From NCBI GenBank assembly GCA_026993975.1, contig JALWRR010000201.1, forward strand, positions 1 to 36,378: a stretch of 36,378 nt of DNA, read 5' to 3'. Source of the stretch: Promethearchaeati archaeon (GTDB lineage: Archaea > Asgardarchaeota > Njordarchaeia > Njordarchaeales > Njordarchaeaceae). A program made the position numbers and the translations under genes. The notes under the pieces are model-generated. The model did not search any database and was not told the DNA's origin. It saw only the letters and a list, made by a program, of their open reading frames with translations. Positions 28,187-36,378 of this stretch are shown here, piece after piece. Each line of letters begins with the position of its first letter. Within the stretch, counting starts at the first letter, position 1.

Positions 28187-29938
28187 TTACTTAATATTCA
28201 TCTTTTCCTTAAAATAATTAAGAGCCTCAATTATGTAATCCCTAGTTATGAATCCCTTCGCGGACTCGGTCTCAAATATTCTATCCGGAATCCTTAATCC
28301 AGAGATAGAGAATCCCTCTCGCACCTTAAGCCTATACTTCTCCCGATAAATCTCTTCACCAAGTTTCTTTAACTCATCAACACTAAAACTATAACCCAGA
28401 GGTTCTAATGCATCACGAACAAGTTCAGGCTTATAGATACCCCGAGCAAAGAAACACACAACTAAGCTTGATAATATCTGTCTCCAAGATTCCTCTGTAA
28501 CAAGCCTATCTATAAGTTCTTGGGGAGATAGTGTCTCACCAAGTGTCTTTTGATCCAAACTATATCCAGCGTTATCTAAGTGACTGTGTCTAGCCCCTAT
28601 GAGATATCCTATGTGAGCAGCTGGACCAGTATGATACCCAGGCATCTCATTTTTACCGAAAGCTAGAGCGAATTCTTGTCCACCATAGATAGCTGAGCAG
28701 TGATCGATACCCATCGCTAAGTTCTTGTAAAAATCGTTTGGTTGCTCAACGATCAGTTCTATAGCTCTTATATAGTTCTCATAATCACCCCAAGAGAGTT
28801 TTACGATTGTGTCCTTTTCACTAATTATGCCCCTCTCTAATGCCTCAGTGGCCCAAGCCAATGAGACTCCCGTGCTCATTGCATCGAGCCCCATTACCTC
28901 GACAGTCTCAATTAGTTTTAGTAAACCAACAGGATCCTTTATCCCTAGCATTGCCCCAAGGGAATATGTTGGCTCATAATCATAAGACACAAACATTGTT
29001 TTATAGAAATATGGTTCATCAACATACGGTTCTCTCCAGCTTGCTATGTGAATGCATGCTACTGGGCAATGAGCACAAGCAACTCTTCTTCCTAAATAAT
29101 TCTTCGCGAGATTCTCTCCACTTATCTTATCAGCATGCTCGAAGCTAGATTGCTTTAGATTTCTTGTTGGTAAAGCATGTATTTCGTTTAAATGCAATAC
29201 ATTAGCTGGAGTACCTAAGTCATGATACTTCTTCATTACAGGAGATTTAACCGCTCTATCATATATCTCCTTATAAATATCCCTAAAACGAATCTTATCT
29301 TTAACAGGTAACTCAAGCTTTCCAGAAACAACAAGAGCCTTAAGCTTCTTCGAACCAAACACAGCACCAAGACCTAGTCTACCAAAATGACGATAAGTTT
29401 CTGTTATTACACCAGCATAGCGCACTAATTTTTCTCCGGCTCTACCAATTCTCATTATTGTTCTATGTCCAGGAGAGATCTCATTCTCCCGTATTACACG
29501 ACCAACAGTGTAACTAGATCCCATTCCCCAGTAAGCGCTAGCATCTCGGAAATATACTTTATTGCCGTGAATTGCGATATAGATAGGTATCCGTGATTTA
29601 CCCTTAATCACTATAGCTCCATAACCAGCCATTCTTATAGCGATAGCGCTTCTACCACCAGCGTGACTTTCACCAAAATTCCCTGTTAGCGGGCTCTTAA
29701 AAACAGCAACAGTCTTAGACGCTAGAGGATAATATCCGACTAAGGGTCCTACAGCGAAGACTATGACATTCTCTGGACCCAATGGATCAGCTCCTTTAGG
29801 TAGCTCTTCTTTCAATAATTGTACTGCGACCCCAGTTCCTCCTAACCACCTATCGAATAGATCCTCTCGATCCTCTACCCAGTATCTAAGCCGGGTTAAA
29901 TCAATATAAAGGACTCGTCTCAAATACTTATCAACCAT
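28187..29938 (-). CDS. aor: Aldehyde:ferredoxin oxidoreductase family (W/Mo-pterin) protein
   Basis: LGG.G, DPLGPEN, KSPLTG..GESH.GG, GR.GLGAVFGSK.LKA, CAHCPVAC, YE, GLDAMS.G and E.PGY motifs. ATG 29938 (MVDKYL) preferred, since the track start overlaps the upstream gene. Confidence 0.93.
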   Translation of the reverse strand: MVDKYLRRVLYIDLTRLRYWVEDREDLFDRWLGGTGVAVQLLKEELPKGADPLGPENVIVFAVGPLVGYYPLASKTVAVFKSPLTGNFGESHAGGRSAIAIRMAGYGAIVIKGKSRIPIYIAIHGNKVYFRDASAYWGMGSSYTVGRVIRENEISPGHRTIMRIGRAGEKLVRYAGVITETYRHFGRLGLGAVFGSKKLKALVVSGKLELPVKDKIRFRDIYKEIYDRAVKSPVMKKYHDLGTPANVLHLNEIHALPTRNLKQSSFEHADKISGENLAKNYLGRRVACAHCPVACIHIASWREPYVDEPYFYKTMFVSYDYEPTYSLGAMLGIKDPVGLLKLIETVEVMGLDAMSTGVSLAWATEALERGIISEKDTIVKLSWGDYENYIRAIELIVEQPNDFYKNLAMGIDHCSAIYGGQEFALAFGKNEMPGYHTGPAAHIGYLIGARHSHLDNAGYSLDQKTLGETLSPQELIDRLVTEESWRQILSSLVVCFFARGIYKPELVRDALEPLGYSFSVDELKKLGEEIYREKYRLKVREGFSISGLRIPDRIFETESAKGFITRDYIIEALNYFKEKMNIK

Positions 29939-29940
29939 TC

Positions 29941-30345
29941 TCACTCCACCTCTTTTAATGCAATTACTCCATGGGGACAAAAATCAACACAGTATCCACA
30001 GTAAACACATATGATCGGTTTATTCACTGAATCATCCCAGAAAACAGCTCCTATTGGACAAGCATCGACGCATGCGCGGCAGCCAATACACTTATTAGCA
30101 TAAAATATAACTCCGCCGCCCTTCCTAGGAATTAGCGCATCAGTTGGGCATGCTTTAGCGCATGGTGGATCCTTACATGCTCTACAAACTATGACGGAGA
30201 AGCCTCTCTCGAAGCCTCCTAGACTCTTAACATGGATAGCTGCTTTCATTAGTCCTCCAGTTCCAAATCTTCTATTGCACGCGAACATGCATAGTTGGCA
30301 GCCTACACATCTCTCAGCATCTATGACAGCTAATCTTTTAACCAG
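29941..30345 (-). CDS. 4Fe-4S dicluster electron-transfer subunit of AOR (probable CTG start)
   Basis: The frame extends upstream of ATG 30288 as LVKRLAVIDAERCVGCQLCMFAC, completing the first CxxCxxCxxxC motif. Further motifs CRAC.DPPC...CP, CIGCRAC...CP and CVYCGYC...CP. GGTGA SD lies 6 nt upstream of CTG 30345. Confidence 0.9.
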   Translation of the reverse strand: MVKRLAVIDAERCVGCQLCMFACNRRFGTGGLMKAAIHVKSLGGFERGFSVIVCRACKDPPCAKACPTDALIPRKGGGVIFYANKCIGCRACVDACPIGAVFWDDSVNKPIICVYCGYCVDFCPHGVIALKEVE

Positions 30346-30726
30346 TTTTAATCACCAAAATTTTTTAATAATCCACATAATATAGTTGCATTTTGCATAA
30401 AAGTATTTGCCAATATTTTTTATTGTTTTCTATATTGCTCAATAATTTTTTTAGAGTTTAATTATTGTTTATCTTGTTCACTTTCAAGCTTTCACTAATG
30501 CTAGCCACTGACATAGGTGGCTGATTCTATTAAACTTTATCTCAATGCTAGATTTTTAGTGCTGAATATGCTGAAATTTAAAATTTTTTGCTTATTTTTG
30601 GAAAAATTTCATGTTAGAGTTGGGTGCAATATTTATTGTTAAGGTTTTTATTGATGGAATTACTAAGTCATCAATCAAAGGTATATGACTCATAGCATCA
30701 AATTAATTATTTTCCGAAGGTAAAGT

Positions 30727-33700
30727 GTGATGAAAAGGAGTTTGCTTGATTATATTCAATACTACACAAAGCTCGATGAGAGAACCATTAAATATTATCT
30801 AGATCTACTTGATCAAAGAATCATTTCCAAGGAGTTCTTCAAATATTACGTGAATGAGCACTCGCTTCTTAATTTTGAGAAATGGCTCACTGACAAGGAT
30901 CTAATAATTCAGATTCAAAATGGTTACTTGGTTCTTCCTCCAATATCTGCTTTAATAACTGGGTTAGTTAAGCTGAGGGATAGTTTAAAGTCCTTTAATA
31001 AAGCCTATTTAGATGCATTCAATGAATCAATTCAATCGCTCAAGAAAGATTTATTGAGCATAGATATTGCTTCTGGGGACGAGATTAACATAATTACTGC
31101 ATATAGAGATCTTTTCGAGAAAGCAATTACAGGGCTAAAGAATCACACTAAGAGTATTCAAGATGTTCTTAATTATTATAATGCAGTGTTAAAGCGAATA
31201 TCATTGACTCTGAATGAATTATCTACTATGATGAGTAAATTTAATGGTAGGATTCTAAGTGTTGAAGATAAGATAGGAGAGCTAGAGGGATTAATTAAAG
31301 AGAAGAGAGATTTGATTTCTAGTGAAATAAAAAGGCTGGATGAAGTGCTTCATGGAATTGAGAGCGATGTAATTAATTTTGTGAATGAATTCAAGAATAC
31401 AGCTGAATCATCAACAAGCAGTATAATGAAATTAGTACAAGAGCAGATCGATCTAATCAATAAGCTGAAGGAAGACTTCTCTAGATCAGCTAAAATACTT
31501 ATTGATAAGAAAGATGAGTTCGAAAAAAGTCTCGATGAAGTGTCTCAAACGTTACTAGAGAAGCGTGAGGAGATCAAAGCTATATTGAAAGAGATAAAAA
31601 GTAATGTTGATGACATAATACATAGCGAGGTCAATGATTCACTAAAAACAATGAAGGATACGCTTGAGATGATGAGTAGTGAGACATTAAGGATCTTTAA
31701 TGATAATCTCCAGAAGATTACTAAGGATATAACTGATATCAGTGAGGGTTTCTTAAGAGAAATAAATAATGTCTCTGAGAAGCTAAGGAAGAACGGTGAT
31801 GAATTATTACTTATCCAGAAAGAAGTAATCCAGAGAATTAAAGAGGATATAAATAGTTTCATCGAATCCAACTCAGAGAATTTAGATAAAGTGGAGGAGA
31901 ATGTCTTAGAAAGGGTTAATGAGATAGTTAATGTGAGTGAATCATTAATAAAACAGATCAGGAATGATTTCGCAGTTATAGATGAGCTATCCTCCAAGCA
32001 AGCAAACTACTTGTCTCAGTTTATTGCTCTACAAGTATCGAACCTTGAGGTTGAGAAAGAGCACTTCATAGTGAACCTCAGAACTCTTCTAAGTAAGGAT
32101 AAGAGAGAAAATACAGGACTAGATATGATTTTCAGTAGATTGAAAGGAGCTATTGGACGGTTAGAGGACTTATATAACTTAAAGGTAAGGCAGATATACA
32201 AGAGTCTTAATGACTTAAAAAAGGAGGGAGAGGAAAAATTATCGAGAATCAGTACTAGCACCATAATGAAAGATATTGAGACAGTAATCGGATATTTCTC
32301 TAATTCTTTGATCAGAATTGAAAGAATTCTTGAATTAATAGAGAGTCTCAGTAATAAGTTAGATTCACGGGCAAGTAAGTTCACTGAGATACCCATTGAA
32401 ACAGGCTTAGAGGAACTAAATAAGCTTCTGAACGGTCTCAGTGAAGAGAATAAAAGCGAAGTCATAAAGCTTTTTAATAAACAGAGGTCTCTGTATCTTA
32501 GTGCCTTGAAGAGCTTTAGAAAGGAGGCTAAGAAAGATCTGGAGCAAGTTATTAGAGAAATAAAAAGCGAATTAGATACTCTTCGGAGCTTAGAGGAAAA
32601 TGCTAGAGCGAGCGTGAGCGGGTTTAGTGATGAATTAAAGAAATCTATCTTAGAGGCCTATGAAACGCTGATTAACGAATACGTGAATCTCTTATACGAG
32701 AGCACTAAAGAGAGCATTATTCAAATGATTTATGACGGTGAAAAAATTCTTGATAGCGAACGGGAGAAAATGAGTGATGCGTATTCTTCCATAATTGACT
32801 CAAAGGAAAAAATAATGGGTGAGCTAGTGAAATTCATTAAGATGTATCATGAGAGAGTTATTAGTGCTTTAAGTGATCTCGGGAAAGAACTACAGGGTTT
32901 TACAGCAAAAGAATTCGCTGAGCTTAGAGACGCTGTAATAAGTAGGATAAATAAATCGATTGATCAATATAGGGTTGAGATCAATAAGCTATCTAATGAC
33001 CTCGAATCACTAATCAAACCTATCAGGAATTACTTAAGCAATCTAAGTTTAGAAACAAACCAGTTTATTGATCGGAGAGTAAGCGAGTTTAACGAGGAAG
33101 TTAAAAAATATGTGGGTGAAATCAAAGAGATAACAAGCAAATATGAAAACAATATGACTTTGCTTAAAAAGAATATGCTAGCTGAGATAAATAATGTCCT
33201 AGAGCAAATTAAAGAGCTAAAGAAAATAGACATAGAGAATCATATCAGAATTTTCAATAAAACCATGGAGAACATTAACAAGTCTCTATCCACCTCTATA
33301 AGCAATACAGTTGATGCCGCTTCTAGTCTCATAGATACATCAATTAATGAGGCATCGAATCTAATAAATCAAGAATACTCCCAATTGATAAACAATACTA
33401 CTAGTGAGCTAAGCAAGCTAATCAATGACACTATATTCTTATTTGAGAATCATTTAACAGAAGCGAATAGAATTAGGGAAGAGATAGATGATGTTAAATC
33501 AAAATGCCTTGATAATACAAATAAACTTGTAAACGAATTAAACAGTATTAATAAAAATATAGATTATGTATCAAAGGAGATAACTGCATCTTATAATGAG
33601 CTAACTGCATTTAACCAAGAGGTAGTAGAGAGACTAAAAGAGTTACTATCTAGTTACCAAGAAGTACTAGGCATGTTATCAGGCTATAAGGAGGAGATGA

Positions 33701-34398
33701 ATTCAAGTAAAAAAGATTTAGAATCAGAAATAAAAAGATTGAGTAAGAGAATAGATGAGTTTAACAATGAGATCATGGGACTTGAGTCAAATAAAGAAAA
33801 AGTAATAGGTGTTCTAAATACCTATGTAGATGCGGTAACAAGACCTATCCAGTACTTAAAAACCACACTAAATAATTTTGAGAGATATTATTCAAGAAAA
33901 ATAAAGAAGAAGGAATCTGACATCTCAAATGAAATATTAGGTTTAATAGATCTTGGTAACTCGCTAATAAGTTTGATTAAGGGTAAATGGAGAGACAGAG
34001 AGCTTATAGGAGAAATTCTTTACGGTAAGAATATTGTGTCTGAATCCATCAAGAGCATGCTTACCTCGGATTCAAGTAATGTGAATATAATAGTACCAAG
34101 CGAAATCGTGAGAAACATACTGGATATAATCAATGGCAATAATAAGAGGGCCAGAACAGTATTGTACACTAATAATACAGATATACTCAGAGAGAGCAAG
34201 ATTAGTAAAAACTTGAAAATTGAGAGGATCAAAGAGGATATCCCATACTTAGTGATTGTTTCAAACGGTGAAAGAGCGATTATATGTGATAAGAATCTTA
34301 ATTACGCAATAGAATTAGTCAATGATGAGTTAATAAGAGAGATATTGTTCACGTGGATTAAAAGCAAGTACGCAAAGAAAATAAAATTTAGAATATAA
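30727..34398 (+). CDS. Giant coiled-coil protein with TrmB-like N-terminal wHTH and TrmB-like C-terminal domain
   Basis: N-terminal LDERTIKYYLDLL...LTDKDLI.....YLVLPP...L resembles the TrmB wHTH end (L..KGLV...Y...PP). About 1000 aa of E/K/L/I/S/N-rich amphipathic helix with very few Pro. C-terminal ILYGKNIVSESIKSML...VNIIVP...VIVSNGERAII resembles the TrmB effector (PLD-like) domain. No Walker A. Confidence 0.65.
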   Translation: MMKRSLLDYIQYYTKLDERTIKYYLDLLDQRIISKEFFKYYVNEHSLLNFEKWLTDKDLIIQIQNGYLVLPPISALITGLVKLRDSLKSFNKAYLDAFNESIQSLKKDLLSIDIASGDEINIITAYRDLFEKAITGLKNHTKSIQDVLNYYNAVLKRISLTLNELSTMMSKFNGRILSVEDKIGELEGLIKEKRDLISSEIKRLDEVLHGIESDVINFVNEFKNTAESSTSSIMKLVQEQIDLINKLKEDFSRSAKILIDKKDEFEKSLDEVSQTLLEKREEIKAILKEIKSNVDDIIHSEVNDSLKTMKDTLEMMSSETLRIFNDNLQKITKDITDISEGFLREINNVSEKLRKNGDELLLIQKEVIQRIKEDINSFIESNSENLDKVEENVLERVNEIVNVSESLIKQIRNDFAVIDELSSKQANYLSQFIALQVSNLEVEKEHFIVNLRTLLSKDKRENTGLDMIFSRLKGAIGRLEDLYNLKVRQIYKSLNDLKKEGEEKLSRISTSTIMKDIETVIGYFSNSLIRIERILELIESLSNKLDSRASKFTEIPIETGLEELNKLLNGLSEENKSEVIKLFNKQRSLYLSALKSFRKEAKKDLEQVIREIKSELDTLRSLEENARASVSGFSDELKKSILEAYETLINEYVNLLYESTKESIIQMIYDGEKILDSEREKMSDAYSSIIDSKEKIMGELVKFIKMYHERVISALSDLGKELQGFTAKEFAELRDAVISRINKSIDQYRVEINKLSNDLESLIKPIRNYLSNLSLETNQFIDRRVSEFNEEVKKYVGEIKEITSKYENNMTLLKKNMLAEINNVLEQIKELKKIDIENHIRIFNKTMENINKSLSTSISNTVDAASSLIDTSINEASNLINQEYSQLINNTTSELSKLINDTIFLFENHLTEANRIREEIDDVKSKCLDNTNKLVNELNSINKNIDYVSKEITASYNELTAFNQEVVERLKELLSSYQEVLGMLSGYKEEMNSSKKDLESEIKRLSKRIDEFNNEIMGLESNKEKVIGVLNTYVDAVTRPIQYLKTTLNNFERYYSRKIKKKESDISNEILGLIDLGNSLISLIKGKWRDRELIGEILYGKNIVSESIKSMLTSDSSNVNIIVPSEIVRNILDIINGNNKRARTVLYTNNTDILRESKISKNLKIERIKEDIPYLVIVSNGERAIICDKNLNYAIELVNDELIREILFTWIKSKYAKKIKFRI

Positions 34399-35122
34399 TT
34401 GGGAACACGTAGAAGTAGTAGAGCATAGTTACTATAGGAATAAGCAAATTATCAATATCCGCTGGCGATAGTGCCTCAACAATAGTAGCTATAAAAGCTA
34501 TCAATACTATATCACTGATCATAGCAATAAGGCCCGCTGGTCCCCCAATTGGATTGATTATGGATACTAAGATAAGAGACCCAATGATACCGAAAATAAA
34601 CATGCCTAATGACCCCTCAACGCTCTTTTCATTTCCAAGTAATCTGTATTTTCTCTTCCCATAATACTTACCGAACACTGGAGCTAGCCCATCCCCCCAA
34701 CCAAGAATAGCCATAGTAACTACAGCAGAATACTTCATAAAGAAGAATACACCGAGAACATCCATAACTAATGTGAAGAATAACGGTCCCTTCAAAAGCT
34801 CCTTCGGATTTCCTGTTCTCGTCATGGTTTTAACAGCTGTATCCTCAGGAGTAGCCGTGAAGCCCTTAACTAGGAAAAGAATGGTCCATAATAAGGCTAC
34901 GGCAATATTAAATGTGTATGACCAATGCCCACCATAGTAGAGAGGCCAGAAGATAACCCATGATCCAGCGGCGATATGAACTATTTTTCTTGAGATATCT
35001 TGTGGAAAGCCCTTAGAAACCAAGAAATCCATGAATTTAATCACGGACATTATATATATAAAGACTATAACTGTGCATATAGAGTTCCAGATTAATGGAT
35101 TAAGGTTATAGGGTGGTATCAT
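34388..35122 (-). CDS. CTP-dependent polyprenol/phytol/dolichol kinase-like membrane protein
   Basis: SRKIVHI, GPLFF, GWGDGLA..FG, KSVEGS and DNLLIP motifs of the phytol kinase (VTE5)/dolichol kinase/CTP_transf_1 family. Confidence 0.88.
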   Translation of the reverse strand: MIPPYNLNPLIWNSICTVIVFIYIMSVIKFMDFLVSKGFPQDISRKIVHIAAGSWVIFWPLYYGGHWSYTFNIAVALLWTILFLVKGFTATPEDTAVKTMTRTGNPKELLKGPLFFTLVMDVLGVFFFMKYSAVVTMAILGWGDGLAPVFGKYYGKRKYRLLGNEKSVEGSLGMFIFGIIGSLILVSIINPIGGPAGLIAMISDIVLIAFIATIVEALSPADIDNLLIPIVTMLYYFYVFPIIF

Positions 35123-35135
35123 TATGATTATTCAC

Positions 35136-35894
35136 CTAAGGAATAAATCTCGTACATACTACTTTTTCTCCCTTTAAATATTTTCTCAATCTACCTTGTT
35201 CAACAAGATTGATAAACGTTACCCTAATCCCAGCATCAAGGATTCTCGAAACCCACTCGAGTTTTCCTCTAATCCCACCAGTAGCATCTCCTTCATAGCG
35301 TATTTTACTCATGATATCCAGTAACTCGCTTCTTTCAACTTTCTCTAAGGTCTCTCCCTGGTAAATTAACCCATCCACATCCATAGTGAATATTACTTCA
35401 TCAGCACCTAATTTCTCAGCTAAGAAATATGCTAGGTAATCACCAGAAGCGATCCTAGGCATTTGCTTAACTCTATCGAAGGGGCCATCAGCAGGAATAA
35501 CTGGAACTACACCAAATCTAAGAAATCTCTCGATGGGCTCTATGAAATAATCCCTTATTTCATCATTCTCTAGAATTATGAATGAGGATGGGTAAAAAGG
35601 GAATGCTGGAATTCCCGAATCAATTAATGATCTCAGAATTCCTTGTGTTAATTCACTCACCCAGTACTTGACGTTAGATATACCAACAAGCTTCTCTAAC
35701 CCTTTTATCTCTACATGTAGGTTCTGTTTTAGAACGAGTGGATGGCCAAATGATCCAGTGCCATGCGTCAATACTATATTTGGGTAACCTGGTTTTACTT
35801 CCTCTCCAACCCTTTTTATTACATTTTCTCTAGCTTTGAGAGGTTCTTTCTTAACTGTTATTGCACTACCACCAATCTTAATAACTCTCAACAT
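35136..35894 (-). CDS. ipk: Isopentenyl phosphate kinase (amino acid kinase family)
   Basis: KIGGSAIT.K, HGTGSFGH (IPK-type His), SGD, DVDG and DATGGI.GKL motifs. ATG 35894 follows GGTG (track start 35912). Confidence 0.9.
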   Translation of the reverse strand: MLRVIKIGGSAITVKKEPLKARENVIKRVGEEVKPGYPNIVLTHGTGSFGHPLVLKQNLHVEIKGLEKLVGISNVKYWVSELTQGILRSLIDSGIPAFPFYPSSFIILENDEIRDYFIEPIERFLRFGVVPVIPADGPFDRVKQMPRIASGDYLAYFLAEKLGADEVIFTMDVDGLIYQGETLEKVERSELLDIMSKIRYEGDATGGIRGKLEWVSRILDAGIRVTFINLVEQGRLRKYLKGEKVVCTRFIP

Positions 35895-36090
35895 TTCATT
35901 AACACCAGTCACATTATGCTATGAGAACTCTTAAGCAAAATAATGTTTTAGTTGTCAAGAATTTAGCCTTTCTTCTTTTTAAGTCTTCTATGCAGAGTTA
36001 GAAGTTTAAAAGCAAGCGCAATTATCACTAGTATTACTCTAGCGTTCTTTATCTTAACGTTTTGAAAGATGTTTTAAAGCAGAATGACGT

Positions 36091-36152
36091 GTAAAAGTTT
36101 TATATTGAAATGTATGTTTACATTATTTGTAGACAATGATTTGGTGTTTACA
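36091..36152 (+). promoter_or_regulatory. BRE/TATA promoter with operator repeats upstream of the antitoxin
   Basis: AAAAG then TTTTATAT (36098-36105), palindrome TGTTTACA-N5-TGTAGACA (36115-36135), and a third TGTTTACA (36145-36152) abutting the ATG. Confidence 0.6.
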
Positions 36153-36374
36153 ATGTCTGTAGTTGTATCTGTTAGAGTTAGGAAGGAGTTAAAGGAGGAG
36201 GCGGAGAGGTTAGGTATAAATATTAAAGAGGTCTTTGAGAGATCGTTAATAAACGCTATACAGAGAGAGAAGAAAAAGAAGCTTAAAGAAGCTGTAAAAA
36301 ACGTATTAAAAAACCTTGATATAAGCGAGGAGGAGTGGATTAGTTTGATTAGAGAGATAAGGGATGAGAGATGA
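36153..36374 (+). CDS. vapB: Type II TA antitoxin (VapB/CcdA-like ribbon-helix-helix)
   Basis: MSVVVSVRVRKELKEEAERLGINIKEVFERSL...EEWISLIREIRDER is a typical archaeal RHH antitoxin. GGTG SD before ATG 36153. Stop overlaps the next ATG (ATGA). Confidence 0.85.
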   Translation: MSVVVSVRVRKELKEEAERLGINIKEVFERSLINAIQREKKKKLKEAVKNVLKNLDISEEEWISLIREIRDER

Positions 36375-36378
36375 AGTT
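36371..36378 (+). CDS. Start of probable cognate toxin (e.g. PIN/VapC), truncated by the window edge
   Basis: ATGAAGTT overlaps the antitoxin stop in the usual 4-bp coupling. Only two full codons are visible, so identity rests on context alone. Confidence 0.4.

Noticed and set aside
1697-34232. Many short antisense or overlapping ORFs in the track (e.g. 1697-1921, 2522-2842, 4185-4523, 7403-7816, 21164-21628, 31545-31997, 32016-32465)
   Set aside because: They overlap better-supported genes, mostly on the opposite strand, and have the S/L/I/F-rich composition expected of antisense shadows, with no motifs.
30727-34398. Annotation as SMC/Rad50 or methyl-accepting chemotaxis protein
   Set aside because: No Walker A/B or signature motif, no CxxC hook, no TM helices and no MCP hairpin motif.
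1-36378. CRISPR arrays, tRNA/rRNA genes, IS elements or proviral genes
   Set aside because: All intergenic gaps are under about 400 bp and AT-rich, with no spaced repeats or cloverleafs visible by eye; no transposase, integrase or capsid motifs were seen.

Overview
AT-rich, gene-dense archaeal window with GGTG(A)-type Shine-Dalgarno sites, TATA/BRE-like promoters and T-rich terminators. I found no rRNA, tRNA, CRISPR array or transposase. Metabolic genes: a beta-oxidation-type cluster (partial 3-hydroxyacyl-CoA dehydrogenase, thiolase + DUF35, EtfB/EtfA/FixC/FixX), AMP phosphorylase and ribose-1,5-bisphosphate isomerase, a tungsten/molybdopterin aldehyde:ferredoxin oxidoreductase with a 4Fe-4S partner that appears to start at CTG, and isopentenyl phosphate kinase next to a phytol/dolichol-kinase-like membrane kinase. 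Housekeeping genes: XPD helicase, AlaX, Nre, ZIP and TauE transporters, HAD, Mth938-like and creatininase-family proteins. A VapB-like antitoxin with operator repeats sits at the right edge. The most unusual genes are a longin-like domain fused to four TM helices, an effector-less STAND NTPase-TPR protein, a Ras/Rab-like protein with a destroyed P-loop paired with a divergent NTase-HEPN-like fusion, a 1223-aa TrmB-like protein split by a ~1000-residue coiled coil, and a large sequon-rich surface protein. This mix suggests an Asgard-like lineage (inference only). All family calls come from motif recognition by eye, not from database searches.
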